Shown one piece after another: positions 61,298 through 64,000 of a stretch of DNA of 64,000 nt (position 1 is its first letter; each line of letters opens with the position of its first letter). The stretch lies in assembly GCA_012842395.1 (NCBI GenBank), contig DUSX01000029.1:109-64108 (forward strand), given 5' to 3'. Below the pieces are notes generated by a model. That model did not search any database, was not told the origin of the DNA, and saw only the letters and a list, made by a program, of their open reading frames with translations. The stretch comes from Bacillota bacterium (lineage in GTDB: Bacteria; Bacillota; SHA-98; UBA4971). The position numbers were made by a program, and so were the translations under genes.

Positions 61298-62578
61298 ATG
61301 CTGGACATCAAGCTCATACGACAAAACCCTGAGATCGTGCGGGACGCCCTCGCTCGGCGCGGGGAAGACGACGCCGTTCTCGACGAGGTGCTTGCCGTAG
61401 ACGAGGAAAGGCGCAAGCTCATTTACGAGGTCGAGCAGCTGAAGAAGCGTCGGAACGAGGTTTCCGACGAAATCGCCCGGGTCAAGAAGAGCGGGGGGGA
61501 CGCTACCGACGCCATCCTGGAGATGCGCGACGTGTCCGCCAAGATCAAGGAGATGGATGACTCGGTGAGGGCGCTGGATGAAAAGCTCACGTCGCTCCTT
61601 CTCGCGATCCCTAACATCCCGCACTCGTCGGTCCCGACCGGCAAGGACGAGTCAGAGAACGTCGAGATCCGCCGGTGGGGCACACCTAGGAAGTTCGACT
61701 TCGAGCCCAAGCCCCACTGGGAGCTCGGCGTTGACCTCGGCATTCTTGATTTCGAGCGCGCCGCCAAGATAACCGGCGCGAGGTTCACCGTGTTCCGTGG
61801 AGCGGGCGCGCGCATGGTCCGGGCGCTCATTGCGTTCATGATCGACCTCCACACCAAAGAGCACGGCTACACCGAGGTTTACCCGCCGTTTCTTGTGAAC
61901 CGCGAGAGCATGATAGGGACGGGCCAACTCCCGAAGTTCGCCGAGGACATGTTCCGCTGCGAGGGCACTGATTACTACTTGATCCCCACGGCCGAGGTGC
62001 CTGTGACGAACCTCTACCGGGGCGAGATCCTCGAGGCGAGCGAGCTTCCCATATACCACGTGGCCTACACGGCGTGCTTCCGCGCGGAGGCGGGGTCCGC
62101 CGGACGAGACACTCGGGGCCTTGTGAGGCAGCATGAGTTCGACAAGGTTGAGCTCGTGAAGTTCGTAAGGCCTGAAACGTCCTACGACGAGCTCGAGAAG
62201 CTCGTACACGACGCTGAGGATGTCCTGAAGCGGCTTGAGCTGCCATACCGGGTCGTCATGATGTGTACGGGCGACGTCGGCTTCGCAGCCGCGAAGAAAT
62301 ATGATCCGGAGGTCTGGATGCCGAGTTACGGACGGTACGTGGAGATCTCGTCGTGCAGCAACTTCGAGGCCTTCCAGGCGAGACGTGCGGACATCAAGTT
62401 CCGTCCCGCCCCGGGCGCCAAGCCCGAGTATGTGCACACGCTGAACGGGTCTGGGCTCGCGGTGGGCCGCACCTTTGCCGCCATCCTGGAAAACTACCAG
62501 GAGGCGGACGGATCGGTGATCGTCCCGAAGGCCCTTCGACCGTACATGGACGGCCTCGAACGCATCGCGAAGGGATAG
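61298..62578 (+). CDS. serS: Serine--tRNA ligase
   Basis: [60 protein letters not shown]; alternative ATG at 61292. Confidence 0.98.
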   Translation: MLDIKLIRQNPEIVRDALARRGEDDAVLDEVLAVDEERRKLIYEVEQLKKRRNEVSDEIARVKKSGGDATDAILEMRDVSAKIKEMDDSVRALDEKLTSLLLAIPNIPHSSVPTGKDESENVEIRRWGTPRKFDFEPKPHWELGVDLGILDFERAAKITGARFTVFRGAGARMVRALIAFMIDLHTKEHGYTEVYPPFLVNRESMIGTGQLPKFAEDMFRCEGTDYYLIPTAEVPVTNLYRGEILEASELPIYHVAYTACFRAEAGSAGRDTRGLVRQHEFDKVELVKFVRPETSYDELEKLVHDAEDVLKRLELPYRVVMMCTGDVGFAAAKKYDPEVWMPSYGRYVEISSCSNFEAFQARRADIKFRPAPGAKPEYVHTLNGSGLAVGRTFAAILENYQEADGSVIVPKALRPYMDGLERIAKG

Positions 62579-62663
62579 AAAGAGGGTTCGCGTCGGGCAC
62601 GTGCCCGTCTGCGCCGCGCGCTGCGCTGGCTGGCGGGCTCGGTGCCGCGCGCCGGCGTGCTCC

Positions 62664-62693
62664 TTGCCCTGGGAAGGCCGTGCGTGGTATAAT
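62664..62693 (+). promoter_or_regulatory. SigA promoter of tRNA-Ser
   Basis: TTGCCC-N18-TATAAT with extended TG. Confidence 0.65.
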
Positions 62694-62739
62694 CGTCGTG
62701 TCGGGAGAGGCCTTTCGTCCATCTCCCAGCAGGGCCTGC

Positions 62740-62831
62740 GGAGGAGTGCCCGAGCTGGCTTAAGGGAGCGGTCTTGAAAATCGCCAGGGTCCTCTGGGCC
62801 CTCGTGGGTTCGAATCCCACCTCCTCCGCCA
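62740..62831 (+). tRNA. tRNA-Ser(TGA)
   Basis: GGAGGAG...CTCCTCCGCCA, anticodon loop CTTGAAA, long variable arm, G73 discriminator, encoded CCA. Confidence 0.97.
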
Positions 62832-63004
62832 CTATTTATGTACGTGATGCTATTCGCGTTCGCGATAACACCATGTGTCGCGCGCCCCACGCATTGGCGT
62901 CACATCGCGTCACATCTGGTGTACCCCGCCGGTCCACGGTCGCCCCTTGACGCACGTGCCTCACCGTCAGCATAGCCTCCAGGGGGCCGCAACGCTGTTT
63001 GCGC

Positions 63005-63174
63005 CCAAGTATGTCGCCAAAAGTCCGCACTGTTTTCCGGCGGAGGGGGGCCTGCCCAGGGTTGCCGGTGCTTGCACGACGGGGCGTGGAGAATTTGGCT
63101 ATCTCGCGCGCCAAATTCGAACGAGGCGCGCCGCAAGCGCGCCGTCCCCGCAGCGCAACACCGGCAACCTAGGG
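63005..63174 (+). mobile_element. MITE-like repeat family 1, copy G: left arm joined to an inverted core
   Basis: CCAAGTATGTCGCCAAAAGT...CAGGGTTGCCGGTG then the core in reverse orientation (CTTGCACGACGGGGCGTGGAGAATTTGGC...TTCGAACGAGG...GCAACACCGGCAACC). Confidence 0.78.
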
Positions 63175-63390
63175 CCCCTGCGTCCGTCGCCGCCGCCGTG
63201 CTCCTGCCCTTGCAGGAGCGGAACGGCTGCACCCACGGCGAGGCCACGGCGAGGCTCGTTCTGCCACGCGCCGGCGACGCTGGACGCGGCGCTGAAGCTG
63301 AACATGATGCTTGGCCGACGTGCGGTGACGATGCGGCACGTCAGCAACGCCCCCGGAGAGCAAGCCGGTAGACGAGGGAGTCGGTGTCGT

Positions 63391-64000
63391 ATGGTGCCGA
63401 CGACGAGAGAAATCGAATGCAAGTCGATCCTGACCAAGTCCGGGATCCCTGGCGTGGACTTTTCCCTTAACCCATACGTGGGATGCGCCCACGCTTGCGT
63501 GTATTGCTATGCGCCATGCATCGTGAGCCGGTTCAGGGGCCGTCAGGAACCGTGGGGGAGCTTCGTCGACATCAAGGCGAACGCTCCGGCAGCACTGCGG
63601 CGCGCACTGCGACGGGTGAACCGCGGAGTCATTCTCTTATCTAGCGTAACGGATCCCTATCAACCCGTTGAGCACAAGACCAGGCTTACGCGGGCGTGCT
63701 TGGCTGAGATGTCGATAAGCCCCGCCCAGGTTTCCATCCTGACCAAGTCCGACCTCGTTACCCGCGACATGGACATTCTCGGTGCCATTTCCTGGGTCGA
63801 GGTGGGCTTCAGCATCAGCACAGCGGACGACGAGATCGCTCGGGCGCTGGAGCCTGGAGCGTCTCCTCCTTCAAGGCGATTCGCGGCATTAGAGAAGTTG
63901 TCGGCAGCAGGGCTGAGAACGTGGGTGTTCATTGCTCCTGCCATCCCAGGGATCAGTGAACTTTGGGAACAGCTCGAGCCGATCTACGCACGGGCCAGAG
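63391..64000 (+). CDS. Radical SAM protein of the SPL-like family, 3'-truncated by the window edge
   Basis: MVPTTREIECKSILTKSG...LNPYVGCAHACVYCYA (CxxxCxxC), SSVTDPYQP, ILTKS, LEPGASPP; absent from the ORF track because it has no stop in the window. Confidence 0.88.
   Translation, partial: MVPTTREIECKSILTKSGIPGVDFSLNPYVGCAHACVYCYAPCIVSRFRGRQEPWGSFVDIKANAPAALRRALRRVNRGVILLSSVTDPYQPVEHKTRLTRACLAEMSISPAQVSILTKSDLVTRDMDILGAISWVEVGFSISTADDEIARALEPGASPPSRRFAALEKLSAAGLRTWVFIAPAIPGISELWEQLEPIYARAR

Noticed and set aside
62740..62831. tRNA-Sec or suppressor tRNA
   Set aside because: The anticodon is TGA (reads UCA, Ser), not TCA, and the acceptor stem is a normal 7 bp

Overview
GC-rich chromosomal segment of an endospore-forming Bacillota (spoVT, yabP/yabQ, T-box serS, SigA- and SigH-like promoters); no rRNA, CRISPR array, phage gene or transposase was seen. 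In order: (1) end of a flagellar cluster (flagellin, fliS, flaG, fliD, FlgN-like) followed by a sigma54-type two-component pair; (2) housekeeping and iron genes (YjjX-like NTPase, speE, Fur family, split feoB, feoA); (3) the conserved mfd-spoVT-yabM-mazG-yabPQ-divIC-yabR block; (4) coaX, an in-frame HflX-DusB fusion, greA, lysS; (5) a 12-gene accessory operon (37.1-49.7 kb) with a SorC-type regulator, a complete ECF importer, PfkB kinase, ADP-ribosylglycohydrolase, class I aldolase, Zn-dehydrogenase, FGGY kinase, MFS, a secreted PruR/COG3915-like protein and a secreted phosphodiesterase; (6) tRNA-Ala, SDH protease, pdxST, glyA, a CBS-PAS-HD protein, four-subunit 2-oxoacid:ferredoxin oxidoreductase, T-box/serS, tRNA-Ser and a truncated radical SAM gene. 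The 12-gene operon is the best candidate for an undescribed pathway; my working hypothesis, which is inference only, is scavenging of an alpha-ribosylated, phosphodiester-containing cofactor such as methanopterin. A ~210-bp structured MITE-like repeat occurs at least 7 times between genes, once with its core inverted. All family calls come from motif recognition by eye; no database search was run.
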